Source: Dehalococcoidia bacterium
GTDB lineage: Bacteria > Chloroflexota > Dehalococcoidia > Lucifugimonadales > UBA3495
Direction of reading: 5' to 3'
DNA: 64,000 nt
NCBI GenBank assembly: GCA_045562555.1
Contig: JBJKVO010000001.1
Location: forward strand, 66,064-130,063
Shown here: positions 63,014 through 64,000 of the stretch, in pieces
Position numbering within the stretch: position 1 is the first letter of the stretch
Layout: every line of letters starts with the position of its first letter
Translations under genes and position numbers: made by a program
The notes under the pieces: model-generated
What the model was told of the DNA's origin: nothing
Seen by the model: only the letters and a program-made list of their open reading frames with translations
Database searches by the model: none

Positions 63014-63942
63014 TCTGAATCCTGGACAGTTGATTTTATAATACGGCGAGATTCTTCAACATCTGACTCTATTTGAGAGACCAATTCATCTATTGAGTTG
63101 AATTGTACTTGGCCTCTGATTTTATCAAAGAAATGGATATTGAGATCATGACCATACAGATCTCCATCATAATTCATTACGTAGGTTTCTATAAGCCTTT
63201 GTTTCAGTCCAAAAGTGGGCCTGGTTCCAATGCTGGTTACAGATTCGTAAATTTCACCGTGAATCGAGGTTGTGGTGCTATAGATTCCGTCAGCAGGAGT
63301 GATAGTTTTAGGATCTATATTCATGTTAGCTGTAGGATATCCTAGCTCTCTCCCTCGTTTGTTGCCGTGCACAACAATGCCATTAATTTCAAAAGAATGC
63401 CCCAGTAATGAATTTGCTTCAATTATGTTTCCATCTAGTAGTTTCGATCGTATTAATCTACTACGAACAGGCTCGTTGTTTATAGTGAAATCGTCTATAG
63501 TACGTACCCAGAAATTTTGGTTATTGCCTAATTCTTGTAAGAATTTCACGTCCCCTTCTCTACCTTTACCTACAGAAAAATCTTTTCCTATAACAAACCC
63601 AATAGGGTTCAAAGCGGAAATAATATTGTTGCAGAATTCTAAGGCTGATATATCAGCAAGTTGTTTATTGAAATCAATGGGTATGACCTCGGTTATGCCA
63701 AGGTTTTTGATTAATTTAATCTTTGTGTCAGTGTTTGTTATCAACTGAGATGAATTTGTAGGACGGAGTATTTCAGAAGGATGGTTGGCAAAGGTAATAA
63801 CTATAGGAGTAATGTCAGCGGTTTTTTCTGTTAATAAATCTTGCATAAGCCGTTGATGGCCTCTGTGGACACCGTCAAAAACTCCGATCGTTATCGCTGT
63901 CTGACGATTATTTAAGTGTGATATATTTTCAAGAAAGTTCAT
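63010..63942 (-). CDS. ribF: bifunctional riboflavin kinase / FMN adenylyltransferase
   Basis: The length is 310 aa. It has IGVFDGVHRGHQ and the kinase half GNKRGRELGYPTAN. Its stop overlaps the tyrS start by 4 nt. Confidence 0.85.
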   Translation of the reverse strand: MNFLENISHLNNRQTAITIGVFDGVHRGHQRLMQDLLTEKTADITPIVITFANHPSEILRPTNSSQLITNTDTKIKLIKNLGITEVIPIDFNKQLADISALEFCNNIISALNPIGFVIGKDFSVGKGREGDVKFLQELGNNQNFWVRTIDDFTINNEPVRSRLIRSKLLDGNIIEANSLLGHSFEINGIVVHGNKRGRELGYPTANMNIDPKTITPADGIYSTTTSIHGEIYESVTSIGTRPTFGLKQRLIETYVMNYDGDLYGHDLNIHFFDKIRGQVQFNSIDELVSQIESDVEESRRIIKSTVQDSE

Positions 63943-64000
63943 ACATTTTCAAGTGTACCCACGGATTTCCGTAGTAAAAATGTTAGCATAGTAAGGGATT

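Noticed and set aside
1-64000. CRISPR arrays, retrons, toxin-antitoxin pairs, restriction-modification or other defence systems, IS elements and rRNA
   Set aside because: I scanned the intergenic regions and ORF translations. I found no repeat-spacer arrays, reverse transcriptase, nuclease/methylase motifs, transposase or integrase, and no small adjacent toxin-antitoxin-like gene pairs.

Overview
This is an AT-rich (roughly 60% A+T by eye), very gene-dense 64-kb chromosomal segment. I support about 62 protein-coding genes, 4 tRNA genes (a Leu-UAA/Cys-GCA/Leu-GAG cluster plus Ser-GCU) and three strong bidirectional hairpin terminators. I found no rRNA, CRISPR array, transposase, integrase, phage gene or known defence system. 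Housekeeping genes are hpt, guaC, tkt, gnd, mnmA, rnhB, hemQ, acnA, fdxA, miaB, nadA, nadC, dtd, rpsU, tyrS and ribF. They are interleaved with an unusually high density of paralogous oxidative and catabolic enzymes: four luciferase-like monooxygenases, one Baeyer-Villiger monooxygenase, three DAO-type FAD oxidoreductases, two stand-alone molybdenum-hydroxylase large subunits, an enolase-superfamily enzyme, a family III CoA-transferase with a CitE-like lyase, an acyl-CoA mutase catalytic subunit, a BFD-like ThDP enzyme, an FMN alpha-hydroxyacid oxidase, and a LigI-like lactonase with an RraA/LigK-like aldolase. This content, together with HemQ, F420-type LLMs and an apparently leaderless gene, suggests a streamlined marine monoderm such as SAR202-type Chloroflexota; that assignment is inference only. 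I did not find one clear novel system. The items most worth follow-up are: (1) a flavin-dependent halogenase homologue placed last in a tkt-gnd-VOC operon; (2) a mismatch-free 122-bp tandem duplication of the 5' end of a Zn-ribbon gene; (3) a catabolic island at 12.4-20.6 kb combining mandelate-pathway-like and lactonase/aldolase logic; (4) a B12-domain-less acyl-CoA mutase with Gln at the carboxylate-binding Arg position, beside a CoA-transferase/lyase/hydratase/Mo-hydroxylase group; (5) a cytoplasmic homologue of peptidyl-alpha-hydroxyglycine alpha-amidating lyase; (6) an LLM-rich block with an embedded intramembrane-type two-component system and a secreted repeat protein; (7) a GC-enriched inverted-repeat element in the largest intergenic gap. 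All functional calls come from motif and collinearity recognition by eye; no database search was possible.
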